DNA of 43,022 bases, taken from IMG/VR virus record IMGVR_UViG_3300032074_000009, positions 1-43,022 of that record; one strand, given 5' to 3'. The notes below the pieces were generated by a model. It did not search any database, was not told the DNA's origin, and worked only from the letters and a program-made list of their open reading frames with translations. Positions 16,573 to 26,359 of this stretch are shown here, piece by piece (position 1 is the stretch's first letter; every line of letters begins with the position of its first letter). A program made the translations under genes and the position numbers. This DNA comes from a virus. Its lineage: Duplodnaviria > Caudoviricetes.

Positions 16573-17591
16573 CTGCCGGGCTCGCGCACCGGGAAGCGCA
16601 GCGCCGCGACCGTGCCGCCGCGCTCGCCTGCCTGGCGGGTGAAGCTCCCGCGCAGTTGCCCCGCCAGCCCCGCCAGCAGCCGCGCCCCGAACGCGTCGCC
16701 CGGCGGCAGGCCGGCGCCGTCGTCGGCGATCGTCAGCGCGTAGCAGCCTATCTCGCGCCGGAAGTCGACGCGCACGATGCCGGGCCGCCCGTCGGGGAAG
16801 CTCTCGGCCAGCGCGGCGGCGAGTGTTTCGTGCAAAACAAGGCCGAGTTGCACGCTGCGCTCGCTCGACAGCCGGTGCGCCTCGGCGTCGACGACAACCG
16901 CGATCGGCCGCAGCGCCTCGCCCGCCAGGGTCGCCGCCAGGTCGTCGGCGAGGCCATGCACGAGGCGGGCGGTGTCGACCTGGCCGCCATCCGGCGAGGC
17001 CGCCGCGAGCGTCATGCGATGATGCACCCGCGCCAGCGCCAGAGCGTGCGCGGCGCCGCGCAGCAGCCCGGCCCGACAAGCGGGCTCGGCGTTGCGGGCT
17101 TGCAGCCGCAGCACGGCGACGAGGCTCTGCAAGTCATTTCGGCTGCGGTGCCGGTACTCGTCGAGTAGCAGCGCCCGCGCCCGTTCCGCCTGCTGCGCCT
17201 CGGCGGCGGCGAGGCTGGCGCGCGCGAGCGCATGGTGCAGCGTCTCGACGACGCAGGCGATCGCCAAGCCCTGCGCGCTGAACACGAGCCAAGGCAGCAC
17301 CCATTGCGCCTCGATGCCGGGGCTGCCGAGAGGCGGCACGAACCACAGCGACGCAACCGACGAGGCGCCCGTTGCCACATAGCCCGCGCCGCCGTCGCCG
17401 AGCGCCGAGGCTGCCAGGATCGCGCCAAAAAAGAACAGGAAGGGGAAGCCGCCGCTCGGCCAGATTGGCAGCAGCAGCAGCCGCAGGCCGAGCGCGACGG
17501 CGACGAATGCCAGCGCCAGGCCCCATTTCGTCGCGCGCGACAGCCTGGCTGTGCGCGGCACCGACTGAACAATAAGTGTCGTGAGAGGCAC
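16569..17591 (-). CDS. Membrane sensor histidine kinase (DUF4118-like TM + HisKA_2 + HATPase_c) with degenerate N-box
   Basis: Four hydrophobic segments; H-box EYRHRSRNDLQ; G1 box ADDGAGLP; GARLL..LAGQLRG; GGAGG RBS before GTG 17591. Confidence 0.88.
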   Translation of the reverse strand: MPLTTLIVQSVPRTARLSRATKWGLALAFVAVALGLRLLLLPIWPSGGFPFLFFFGAILAASALGDGGAGYVATGASSVASLWFVPPLGSPGIEAQWVLPWLVFSAQGLAIACVVETLHHALARASLAAAEAQQAERARALLLDEYRHRSRNDLQSLVAVLRLQARNAEPACRAGLLRGAAHALALARVHHRMTLAAASPDGGQVDTARLVHGLADDLAATLAGEALRPIAVVVDAEAHRLSSERSVQLGLVLHETLAAALAESFPDGRPGIVRVDFRREIGCYALTIADDGAGLPPGDAFGARLLAGLAGQLRGSFTRQAGERGGTVAALRFPVREPGS

Positions 17592-17647
17592 CGCCTTGCC
17601 CTCCTGCCGCTTCCTGCGGCGCGGCGTGCAAAGCCGCCTCTCTCCTG

Positions 17648-17959
17648 CTAGCCCGTGATGATACACACCCGACGCTTCCGCCGGTTGCTGCTGGCGCCGA
17701 TGCTGCGATCATACCAAACTTCGCGCCCCGCCCTGGTCACGACGGCGGCGGGCACGATGGAAAACCACGCCTCGTAACCCGCGCGCGTGACGTTCGCCGT
17801 GCCCTGGCCGACAAGCCAGGTCTCGGCTCCTGCGCGGGTGACAAGCGCCGGGGCATTGTAGGTCGCCAAAACCTCGATGCCGGCTTGCGTGACCGTCGCG
17901 TTCGCCGGGTAGGTCGCAAGCCTCTCGACGCCCGCTTGCTGAACGGTCGTCGTCGTCAT
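17648..17959 (-). CDS. Small tandem-repeat protein, probably tail-associated
   Basis: Five ~17-aa repeats A.VT(Q/R)AG.E.(L/W); ATGA-coupled to the upstream gene. Confidence 0.75.
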   Translation of the reverse strand: MTTTTVQQAGVERLATYPANATVTQAGIEVLATYNAPALVTRAGAETWLVGQGTANVTRAGYEAWFSIVPAAVVTRAGREVWYDRSIGASSNRRKRRVCIITG

Positions 17960-18993
17960 GTGACGCGCTCAAGCTGTAGGTTCGCGGCGTTCAGCCCCGC
18001 CGCCGTCCATGCCGCGCCGGTCGCCGGGTCGAGCGCCACGATGTCGGTCTGATAGGCCGATGTCGTGCCCGGCGAAATCGTCGCGCCGTTCTGCGTCGTC
18101 GCGCCGCTCTTGACGTTGGCGCGCATGGTGGCGGCGCCAGCGTCAGATTTCAAATGGGCATACGTCGCCTGAACCGCATGGATGGTCGACGGCGTGCCGG
18201 TTAGTGCCGCGAGGCCGAACGCGTCGAGCGCGCCCGCCGCCGCAGCGGTCAGGTTCGGCGTGGTCGCCAAAACCGCCTTGTTAACGGCGCTGAAATCCGA
18301 GGTGCCGGCGCTGCGCGTCCAGCCGGAAATCGACACGTCGCTGCTCGGCATCTGCGGGTCAATGCGACACTCGCCGAGGAAGTCATTCAGCCGCGCGCCG
18401 CTGTTGTCGCAGATATAGAGGTCATCGAAAAACGACGTGACGCTGTTTGCGCCGCTGCCGAGGTAAAGCTGCCCGAACCGCGCCGCGCCCGAGGATGCCG
18501 TGTTCTGCCCGGTCAGCGCGCATACAGTGGCGCCGTTCACGCGAACCTCGATAGTGCCGGCCGAGGCGTGCGCGACGGCTTTAAGCTCGACGTAGCACCA
18601 TATACCGGGCCGGGCGACGGGGGTTGGCGAAGTGAATAGGGAGGTCGTGACGCTTGCGGTGCTGGTGCGGTTGACGCCCAAAAACCCCGAACTGTCGCTA
18701 AAGACGTTGACTTGAACGGCGTTGCTGTTCGTCGCCGTGTCTTTTAGCTGGAAATAAATCCCGCTGGAGCTTGGGAACCAGCCCATGCCGACGATAACTG
18801 TCGACGGCGGGGTGCCGGGAATAGTCATCGCGTGAGCCGGCGTGTTGAAGATCGTGTTCGCCGACTTGCCGCTGCTGCCCGGCACTCTCGGGCTTTGGTT
18901 TACCCCGTTCCAAGTCGAGCCAATCCAACCGCGCTTCGTCACATCGCCCGCCGAGCCGTAGAGGTCGAAGCCGTCCATGAAAAGCAACGCCAT
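17956..18993 (-). CDS. Putative tail/receptor-binding structural protein (paralogue of 19005..20558)
   Basis: MALLFMDGFD start with AGGAGA RBS; beta-rich; ends DPATGAAWT. Confidence 0.75.
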   Translation of the reverse strand: MALLFMDGFDLYGSAGDVTKRGWIGSTWNGVNQSPRVPGSSGKSANTIFNTPAHAMTIPGTPPSTVIVGMGWFPSSSGIYFQLKDTATNSNAVQVNVFSDSSGFLGVNRTSTASVTTSLFTSPTPVARPGIWCYVELKAVAHASAGTIEVRVNGATVCALTGQNTASSGAARFGQLYLGSGANSVTSFFDDLYICDNSGARLNDFLGECRIDPQMPSSDVSISGWTRSAGTSDFSAVNKAVLATTPNLTAAAAGALDAFGLAALTGTPSTIHAVQATYAHLKSDAGAATMRANVKSGATTQNGATISPGTTSAYQTDIVALDPATGAAWTAAGLNAANLQLERVT

Positions 18994-19004
18994 ACTCGCG
19001 TCTC

Positions 19005-20558
19005 CTACGCTACAACCTTGGGGCCGATTTGCAGCGCGTCGACGGCGGCGGTTGTCCACGCTGCGCCGGTCGCGGGATCGGTCGCCAGCCAGCCGCCGAG
19101 AAACTGATAGGTCAGGCCCGGCGCTGCGTTGCTCGCCGCCGCGACTTCCGTTGCGCCCGACTTCGCTTGCACGCTGATGGTGCGCGCGCCGCTGTCAGAT
19201 TTCCGCGCGATGACGAACGGGATAACGCCCGTCACCGCAGCCGGCGCGATGCCGAGCGAGGCAAGCGAGGCGAAGGAATACAAATCTTCCGCGCCGACCG
19301 TGCTCGAAAAAACATAGGTGCTATCGGCATCCTGCGTGCTGTCATTGACCAACGATGCGTTGTCGATACTCGTAAGATTGGCGCTGTAGTAAAGCGAGTT
19401 GACCGAAGTTGATGCGGTGCCGCCGCCGACATAGGCTGTCGGAAAGCTGGCGCCGTAGGTGGCCGCAAGTGTCGTGCGGGTGAACGTGCCGCCGACGCCA
19501 TTGAATGTTCCGGATGCTGCGGCGGCGCTACTCCATACCGCTATCCAGTAGGCGGTATTTTCGACGACGCCTTGCGGTGATGGTGTCGCCCCCGCCGTCG
19601 CTTGCGTGCCGAGCGTGAACGTATTTACGCCCGTTGAGGGGTTCGTCACAGATACCCCTTGCGCCATGATCGCGCCGGGCGCACCGGCGCTGTCAGCGTA
19701 CAGAGCCACGTTCAGCGCCCCGGTGATCCCGGCGGCAAGTGACAGCGCGATGGTAGAGCATGTCCCCGTGTACGGGGCGGTCGTCTTATACCAGCCGATG
19801 ACGTTGGCGCCGGGTCCGGTATTGGTTGAGGTGCCGGTTGAAAGCTGCCCCCACGTTGCCGCCGCCGGGCTGGTCGAAAACTGCTGCTGAACCGTCGCGC
19901 TCGGCGCTTGCGTGATCGCGCGCAAATCGCCGGGCCAGTCATTCGGCGCGGCCCCGCTACCCGAGCAAATAAACAGGTCGTCTATCTGCGCGGACAGACT
20001 GATGTTCGTGCCGATCGAAACCTTGTTGACGTAGCTGTTCGCGCTCGCCCGCGTGTTCTGCCCGGTCAGATTGATAACGGCTGTCGTGCTGCCGTTCTTG
20101 CGCATCTCGCATGTGCCGACAGTCGGTGAAATGGTGATCTTGAACTGCCAGCTATCCCATGACGCGCCCGGCGCGGTTCCTGCCGGCGAGTTGCCGAGGA
20201 AGGTTCCGAGCGATGTTCCCCGGTAGAAATCTTGGCTGCCATCCTCGTTGAACCGAACGGTCACTTGTGCCGTCGTGCCGTCGTAGAACGTAATCCACAG
20301 GTAGTTTGACGCGAGCGAGCCGGCGCCTCGTTTCGTCCGCAGCGAACAGAAAATGGTCGCCTCGTTGGTGGCGAAGGTTTTTGTAAGCTGCGCTGTCGTT
20401 GTGGCGTTATTGGCGAGTGATAGCGCCCCGCCAACGCCGAACGCCGTATTTGCGGCGCTCGAAAGGGTTATGGCTCCCGTTGCAACGGTGTCCCAGCGTT
20501 CGGCCAAGTCGCCCGTCCCCGAGTAGGCATCGAAGCCGTCGGCCCATAGATACGCCAT
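19005..20558 (-). CDS. Putative tail/receptor-binding structural protein
   Basis: MAYLWADGFD; Thr/Ser/Gly-rich; ends DPATGAAWT. Confidence 0.75.
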   Translation of the reverse strand: MAYLWADGFDAYSGTGDLAERWDTVATGAITLSSAANTAFGVGGALSLANNATTTAQLTKTFATNEATIFCSLRTKRGAGSLASNYLWITFYDGTTAQVTVRFNEDGSQDFYRGTSLGTFLGNSPAGTAPGASWDSWQFKITISPTVGTCEMRKNGSTTAVINLTGQNTRASANSYVNKVSIGTNISLSAQIDDLFICSGSGAAPNDWPGDLRAITQAPSATVQQQFSTSPAAATWGQLSTGTSTNTGPGANVIGWYKTTAPYTGTCSTIALSLAAGITGALNVALYADSAGAPGAIMAQGVSVTNPSTGVNTFTLGTQATAGATPSPQGVVENTAYWIAVWSSAAAASGTFNGVGGTFTRTTLAATYGASFPTAYVGGGTASTSVNSLYYSANLTSIDNASLVNDSTQDADSTYVFSSTVGAEDLYSFASLASLGIAPAAVTGVIPFVIARKSDSGARTISVQAKSGATEVAAASNAAPGLTYQFLGGWLATDPATGAAWTTAAVDALQIGPKVVA

Positions 20559-22165
20559 TAGTTGCGGCTCCCTGCCAGCGAGATTGCAATGTCGGCGAGC
20601 GCCGCATCAGCGGTCGCCGGCCCGGTGATTGAGAGCACGTCGCCGGCCGCGAAGCTCGTCGCGCTTGCTACGGTCACGGTCGCCGTCGCGCCGGATGCGG
20701 CGAATACCATCGTGCCGAACGCGACGCCGCCCTTGTAGAGCGTCAACGTGGTCGAGCCCGTCGCCGCCGTGCCCGCCTTGGCATAGCTGCCGGCCGCGCC
20801 AGCCGGCACGGTGAACGCGCGCGGCGCCGCCAGGCGCAACACGGTCTCGGCGTTGGTCATCAGCCCTTCAACGAACAGCGTCACGTCATAGGGTGCGCTT
20901 GTCCATGCCGGGTTCGCGGCGGCGCCGCCCGTCGTCAACACCTGGCCGGCGGTGCCTGGCGCGAGCACGGTCCAGGCCGAGCCGCTGCGGTAGAGAACCG
21001 CGCCCTGCGTCGCGCCGAGGTCGTCTAGGTCGAGCGAGAGCGCGTCGCCGACGAGCTTGACGCCTGCGCTCGCCGCGACGGTGACGCCGCCGCGCACCGT
21101 GTCGCTCGCGGCCGGCAGCGTGTATGCCACGCCACCCGCCGCCGCAGCCGCAACCGCATGAACGTGCGCCGTCGTCGCAAGCGTCGTGCTGTCGTCAGCC
21201 GTGGCCGGGGTCGGCGCGGTCGGCGTGCCGGTGAAGGCCGGCGACGCCTTGGGCGCGTAGGGCGTGAGGTCGGTTAGCTCGGCGATTAGCGCCAGGTCGA
21301 CGGTTAGCGCGTCGCCCGTCAGCACGAGCCCGCTTGTCCCGGTCGCCACCTTGACGCCGCCGCGCACCGTGTCGCTGGCTGCCGGCAGCGTGTAAGCCGA
21401 GCCAGCCGCCGCGTCGGCATACGCCTGCGTTGCAAGCTGCGTCCCGCCGGCGCCTGCCGTGCCGGTCGGGCCGGTCGGGGTGCCGGTGAAGCCCGGCGAG
21501 GCCAGCGGCGCCTTCCCGGCGAGCGCCGTCGTCACGGTCGCGGCGAAATTGGCATCATTGCCGAGCGCCGCCGCAAGCTCGTTCAGGGTGTCGAGCGTGC
21601 CAGGCGCCGAGGCGACGAGCGCGTTGATTGCTGCCGTCAGGTTCGCCGAGGTCGCAAGGCCCGTCGTGTCGACCGACAGAACGCCCGTCACCGCGTCGAC
21701 CGCGAGGTTTGTCCCGACTTTGTAGCCGCCGAGCGTCGACGCCGAGCCGATCGGCAGGCTGTAAGCCGTCGGCCCCGTCACCGTGCCGAAGCCGAACGCC
21801 GCCAGGCCCGACGCCGAGCCGTCGAGATACAGGAAGGCGGCTTGCCCCGGCGCAATGGTGACGGTGCTTGCCCCGCGCACGAGGCCGACGCTCTGGCTGC
21901 TGCCGCTGTCGAGCGTGACGAGCAACATGCGTTTCACGGCTGGCAGCGTCAGGGTTCGGCCGACGACGGCGGCGCCCGATAGCGCGATGACTTGGTATTG
22001 CCGAACCTGCGCCGTCGTCGCCGTGGCGTTGCCGCCCGTCAGGCTGAATGACAGCCGATCGGTTAGCGCCCGGTCGAGCGTGTCGATGCTGTCATTGAAC
22101 TGTTGGAATTTCTGCGCGCTCGCCTCGGCGATCGTCGGCAGCGCAAACCCGCCGGTTGTCGTCAA
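20558..22165 (-). CDS. Tail fibre protein
   Basis: TTG start with AGGAG; APGTLDTLNELAAALGNDANFA, KAPLASPGFTGTPT and repeated YTLPAASDTVRGGV fibre motifs; N-terminus resembles DUF2793. Confidence 0.85.
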   Translation of the reverse strand: MTTTGGFALPTIAEASAQKFQQFNDSIDTLDRALTDRLSFSLTGGNATATTAQVRQYQVIALSGAAVVGRTLTLPAVKRMLLVTLDSGSSQSVGLVRGASTVTIAPGQAAFLYLDGSASGLAAFGFGTVTGPTAYSLPIGSASTLGGYKVGTNLAVDAVTGVLSVDTTGLATSANLTAAINALVASAPGTLDTLNELAAALGNDANFAATVTTALAGKAPLASPGFTGTPTGPTGTAGAGGTQLATQAYADAAAGSAYTLPAASDTVRGGVKVATGTSGLVLTGDALTVDLALIAELTDLTPYAPKASPAFTGTPTAPTPATADDSTTLATTAHVHAVAAAAAGGVAYTLPAASDTVRGGVTVAASAGVKLVGDALSLDLDDLGATQGAVLYRSGSAWTVLAPGTAGQVLTTGGAAANPAWTSAPYDVTLFVEGLMTNAETVLRLAAPRAFTVPAGAAGSYAKAGTAATGSTTLTLYKGGVAFGTMVFAASGATATVTVASATSFAAGDVLSITGPATADAALADIAISLAGSRN

Positions 22166-22177
22166 TGCCTTACTCTC

Positions 22178-25100
22178 CTAGACCGTCGCCGTTGCGGGAT
22201 AGCCGCGCCCGACAAGCCCGCTGCGCTGATACACGCGCACCGTCACCTCGGCGCCAGGCGTCAGCCCGTCGCTTGTCTGCTGTGCCGCCGTGTAGGACAG
22301 CGCCGCGCCGGTCAGGCCGGTATAGGTGCGCAGCACCGCGCCAAGCCCGTTGAGCACCTCGGCGTCGTAGCTCTCGGTTTCCTCGCCGAGCGGAACGCTT
22401 TCGGTGTTGTCGCTCCACTCGCCGCCGAGCCTGGTGCGCCGTATCCACGTCACCGCCAGGTTATTGGAGCCGTCGCGGGTGCCCTTTAGGTGCGTCGGCG
22501 CGTAGGGGGTCTCGGCCGCGCCGGCGAATACCGTCGGCAGCGCGTTCGTCGCGTCGGTGCTGTCGAATAGCCCCATCGTCTTAATGTAGCGCGGCGCGTT
22601 CAGCGCCTCGTTCGGCACGCTCGCCTCGCGCAGCGCGTCGGTGACGAGCACGAACCTGTCGCCGGTCGCGTGCCCGCTGGTCGCGCGCTCGCTGCCGCGC
22701 CGGCCGCGCATCAGCACCGACAGCCGATAGCGGTTGCTCCCGAGCGGCTCGACGGTCTGGAATTGCAGCACCTCGGCGAGCCCGGCCGAGGTCACGAGCA
22801 ACGCCGTATTCGCGCCGTCGAGCATCTGTTCACGCGTCACGCTCGCAAGCTCGTCGCCGCCGTTGCTCATGCTGACATCGAGCACGTTCCAAATGTCGGT
22901 TATGCCCGCGTCGGCGACATCGGCCAGCGCCGACAGCGCCGAGCCGGTCGGGCTCGCCTGCGATACCGTCGTGAGGGTGCCGAAATTGGCCGTCGCGCTC
23001 GTGCTGACGAGGTAGGTCGCGCCCGAGAATTTCTGCCCCGGATAGGCCGCCGCCCCGGCATAGATGCGCAGCGCCGCCCCGCCCGCGTCGTCGGCATCTT
23101 CTAGCAGCGGCAGCGCGAATAGCTCGGGCTGCACGCTGTAGGGGGCCGGCAGGCCCGGCACGAGGTAGGGGTTGCCCGCGTCGCCTGGCGCCGTGACGCT
23201 TACGAGCGACGCATCTTCCACAACGCCCGTAACCGACAGCGTGTAATCGGCGCCGATGTCGACGCGAGAGACGCGCAGCCGCGCCAGGTTCACGCCGTCG
23301 GGCAGGCCGACATTCACCACATCGGCGGGCTCGATCGACAGGAAGGCCGGCGGCAGCGCGATTGCGCCGAGGGTCTCGCGCTCGGCCCACGTCATCAGCA
23401 GCGCGCGCTTCGCCATGGTGCGCGCCTCGTCGGCCGACATGATTAGCGCGGTGTCGGCCGAGACATCGGTGCTGCTGTTGATGACGCGCACCGATGCCGG
23501 CCCGGTCACGCGGGAATACTGCTGCGTCCCTTGCTGGTAGCCGTTCGTCGGGTCGGGATACCGCAGCGTCACCGCTCGCGGCAGGTCATACGCCTGCGTC
23601 CGCGCCGGCTTCAACGCCCGCCCATCGTTGCCCGCTAGGATGCGCGAGTAAGGCACCGTCGCCACCGGCGAGCCGCCCCGCTTCACGAATTTGATTTGGT
23701 CGCCGCTCTCGACGCTATCGAAAAGGAAGGCCGCGCCAAGCTGCGCGATCGCGTCGCGGCCGGGCTGCGCCGTCACGAGGTAGCCCCGCACCTCGTCGCT
23801 GGTGAGTTGCGACACGTCATAGTCGGCCGGCGCCATGCCGCAGTCGTCGCATATATCGGCCACGACATCGGCGAGCGGCACGCTGTCGGCCGAGCCGAGA
23901 CCTAGATAATACCGCGTCATGCCCGCCGTCGTGGTGCTCCACACGAGCCCGGTCACGCTGTCGAATGCCTGGCTCCCGAGAGGCGAGCCGTTGAGCGTCG
24001 CCGTGCCGTCGGGGAAATAGGCGGCGGCCGGCAGCGCGCGGCTCGTCACGGTGCCGCTGCGTAGGTCGACCGTCTGCATCGTGCTGAACGTGGCGTAGCT
24101 ATAGCTCGTCGACAGCAGGCGGCTCCGGCCCATCGCGCTCCCGGCCGGCGCCGGGGCGCTCGTGCTCCAACGAACGGCGCCGGTGCGGGACACGGACACG
24201 ATGCGCGTCGCCGGCGCCGTGCCGCCGCCCTGCGCGCCATCAGAGCCAACATGCAAGATCAGCGCATCGTTCGCCCGGTCGTACTCGGCTTTTACCACCT
24301 CTAGGCCCGAGCCTTCCGACGCCACAAAGCCAGCGTCAGCGAATGACAGCGACCATGCCGGCGCGAACGTCACGAGCGCCGGGCCGAGCGACATCAGATA
24401 GCATTCGACGGTCGGGCTGAACCCAAGGAAATGATACCAATTCAGCAGCCAGCATTCGGTGTAGCCGAGCGCGCGCTTGCCCTCGATTGCCTCGTTGTGC
24501 GCGAGTAGCCCGGTATATGTCAGCGTCGGCGCCGTGCCGTCGTCATCGGCGCCCCAAACATATTGCAGCATCCCCGAGACCGCGCCGCCGAGCGTCGACG
24601 AGGGGCCGAGAAAAACCATCGGCCCGCCGAACATGAACGTCAGCACCGGCATATCGGCGATGCCTTCCGCCGTCAGCACCCGGCAAACGGTGACGTTGAC
24701 GACGGCGCCGTACATGCGTTCGGCCAGCGACAGGTTCGGGTAGTTAAAGGCATACGCGAGCGAGCCCCATTTCGCGGCGGCTTTCAACGTCGTCGGGTCG
24801 ATCGCAACGAGCATCTGCCCGTGAACGCCAGGGTCGGAAAGCACGCCATACAGCAGCGAGCCGTCGGCGCTGCCAAGTTGCGACCAATAGGGAAAGACGC
24901 TGCCGGGGGAATAGGTCGGCGGAACGGTGATGCCGGTGCCGGCGAACGTCTCAGTCACCGACACGGCGCGCGTCGTCTCCATCGGCAGGCCGTAGCTTTG
25001 CTCGATGTATCCATCCTGCCCGAACGTGCTGCTGCCCGAGCCAATGACAGAACGGTAAATCGCGCCGCGCGTGCCATCGAAGGCGGCGGCGCTGTTGTGG

Positions 25101-25891
25101 TTCGCCACGCCGACAGGCAGCGCGCCGACGGTGCCCGCCGTCAGCCCGAGCATCCGGGTTGCGACGCCGCCGCCCGAGCCGGCGAAAGCAATCTCTGCGC
25201 TGATGTTCGGCAGGCGGTTGCCGAACGGCGCCAGGTTGACGCCCTCGCAAACGATGTACACGAGGCCCCGGAAGGCCGGGCACCGCTCGGCGCCGACGGT
25301 CTCGGCAATCAACGGGTCGGGTAGCTGCGTCTCGCTGCCGCTGTAGAAGCGAAACGGGAATATCGCATTGCCGAGCGCGTTCGCCGCGACGGCTTGCAGA
25401 ATGTCGTCGTTGAAACTGCCGCCGATGCCGTCCATCGTCGGGTCGGTGACATCGAAAACCGGCTTGCCGTCAGCATAGATTTTCAGGATGCGATCGGCCG
25501 GGCCAATGGCGAAGGCACAAGCGAAGTTTGCGCTGTAGGTATAGGCGACCGATCCGGGGCTTTTCATCCCCTTGCCTTTTTTGCCGCTGGTCTCGGCGGG
25601 GTGCTCGTGGATGCCGTCGGTCCAAATGTAGTTTGCCGGCAGGCGATACACGCCCCAGCCGCGCGGGATCGGCAGGCCATACGTCCCCGTCGACATCTGC
25701 ACGTCGCCGAGGCGCGGCCCCTGCACCGGCGCCGTCAGCGCCATATCGGCTTGCCCGCCGGCATAGGTGCCGATCGCGCTCGACGCCGCCACGAACAGCG
25801 CGAGCGAAATGCCGCCGGTGAACGGCGCCAGCGCATAGCCCGCGATCGCGCCGACGAGCCCGCCGACGGCGGCGCCTGCCCCGTTGCCCAT
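22178..25891 (-). CDS. Tail tip / central fibre protein (RcGTA g15 megatron-like, Phage-tail_3)
   Basis: GPRLGD....GTYGLPIP, PAFRGLVYIV, FGNRLPN, LMRGRRGSE, WIRRTRLGGEW, VPLGEETESY. Confidence 0.88.
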   Translation of the reverse strand: MGNGAGAAVGGLVGAIAGYALAPFTGGISLALFVAASSAIGTYAGGQADMALTAPVQGPRLGDVQMSTGTYGLPIPRGWGVYRLPANYIWTDGIHEHPAETSGKKGKGMKSPGSVAYTYSANFACAFAIGPADRILKIYADGKPVFDVTDPTMDGIGGSFNDDILQAVAANALGNAIFPFRFYSGSETQLPDPLIAETVGAERCPAFRGLVYIVCEGVNLAPFGNRLPNISAEIAFAGSGGGVATRMLGLTAGTVGALPVGVANHNSAAAFDGTRGAIYRSVIGSGSSTFGQDGYIEQSYGLPMETTRAVSVTETFAGTGITVPPTYSPGSVFPYWSQLGSADGSLLYGVLSDPGVHGQMLVAIDPTTLKAAAKWGSLAYAFNYPNLSLAERMYGAVVNVTVCRVLTAEGIADMPVLTFMFGGPMVFLGPSSTLGGAVSGMLQYVWGADDDGTAPTLTYTGLLAHNEAIEGKRALGYTECWLLNWYHFLGFSPTVECYLMSLGPALVTFAPAWSLSFADAGFVASEGSGLEVVKAEYDRANDALILHVGSDGAQGGGTAPATRIVSVSRTGAVRWSTSAPAPAGSAMGRSRLLSTSYSYATFSTMQTVDLRSGTVTSRALPAAAYFPDGTATLNGSPLGSQAFDSVTGLVWSTTTAGMTRYYLGLGSADSVPLADVVADICDDCGMAPADYDVSQLTSDEVRGYLVTAQPGRDAIAQLGAAFLFDSVESGDQIKFVKRGGSPVATVPYSRILAGNDGRALKPARTQAYDLPRAVTLRYPDPTNGYQQGTQQYSRVTGPASVRVINSSTDVSADTALIMSADEARTMAKRALLMTWAERETLGAIALPPAFLSIEPADVVNVGLPDGVNLARLRVSRVDIGADYTLSVTGVVEDASLVSVTAPGDAGNPYLVPGLPAPYSVQPELFALPLLEDADDAGGAALRIYAGAAAYPGQKFSGATYLVSTSATANFGTLTTVSQASPTGSALSALADVADAGITDIWNVLDVSMSNGGDELASVTREQMLDGANTALLVTSAGLAEVLQFQTVEPLGSNRYRLSVLMRGRRGSERATSGHATGDRFVLVTDALREASVPNEALNAPRYIKTMGLFDSTDATNALPTVFAGAAETPYAPTHLKGTRDGSNNLAVTWIRRTRLGGEWSDNTESVPLGEETESYDAEVLNGLGAVLRTYTGLTGAALSYTAAQQTSDGLTPGAEVTVRVYQRSGLVGRGYPATATV

Positions 25892-25894
25892 GGT

Positions 25895-26359
25895 CTAGCC
25901 CTCCAAAGCCGGGTGCCGGTACGCGCGCCGCAGCAGCGGCCCCATATCGGCCGACAGCGGTTCCTCGCGCACCTGGCGGCGCCGCATGTGCGCGTGAATG
26001 ACAGCCGGCACGTCGCCGTACATCGTCGAGCGAATGCCGAGGTGCGCGATGTGCAGCCCGTCGGCGAACAGCAGCACGTCGCCGTCGCGGGTGCCTGCCG
26101 TGATGTCGCCGGTATGCTCAGGGTCTAGCGGCACCTCGCGCCCCTGCGCGTCGATGTGGTCGAGCATGTCGCTGCCACGGTAGCCCCGCGCATAGATCGC
26201 ATCGGCCAGGTCGAGCCCGGCGGTGCGGAAGCTGACGAGCACGAGCCCGACGCAGTCGAGGCCGTGTTCTGTGCGGCCCATGTGATGCCAGCGCGTGCCG
26301 AGGAAGCCGCGCGCAGCGGCGAGGATGGCGGCAACGCGCACCGCAGCCTCGCCGCTCAT
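25895..26359 (-). CDS. NlpC/P60 tail-associated peptidase (RcGTA g14-like)
   Basis: AARGFLGTRWHHMGR...GLDCVGLV, HLGI, IHAH. Confidence 0.9.
   Translation of the reverse strand: MSGEAAVRVAAILAAARGFLGTRWHHMGRTEHGLDCVGLVLVSFRTAGLDLADAIYARGYRGSDMLDHIDAQGREVPLDPEHTGDITAGTRDGDVLLFADGLHIAHLGIRSTMYGDVPAVIHAHMRRRQVREEPLSADMGPLLRRAYRHPALEG

Noticed and set aside
21050-21400. Direct DNA repeats in the tail fibre gene as a possible DGR or CRISPR
   Set aside because: They encode repeated fibre peptide motifs; there is no reverse transcriptase, adenine-specific variation or spacer structure.
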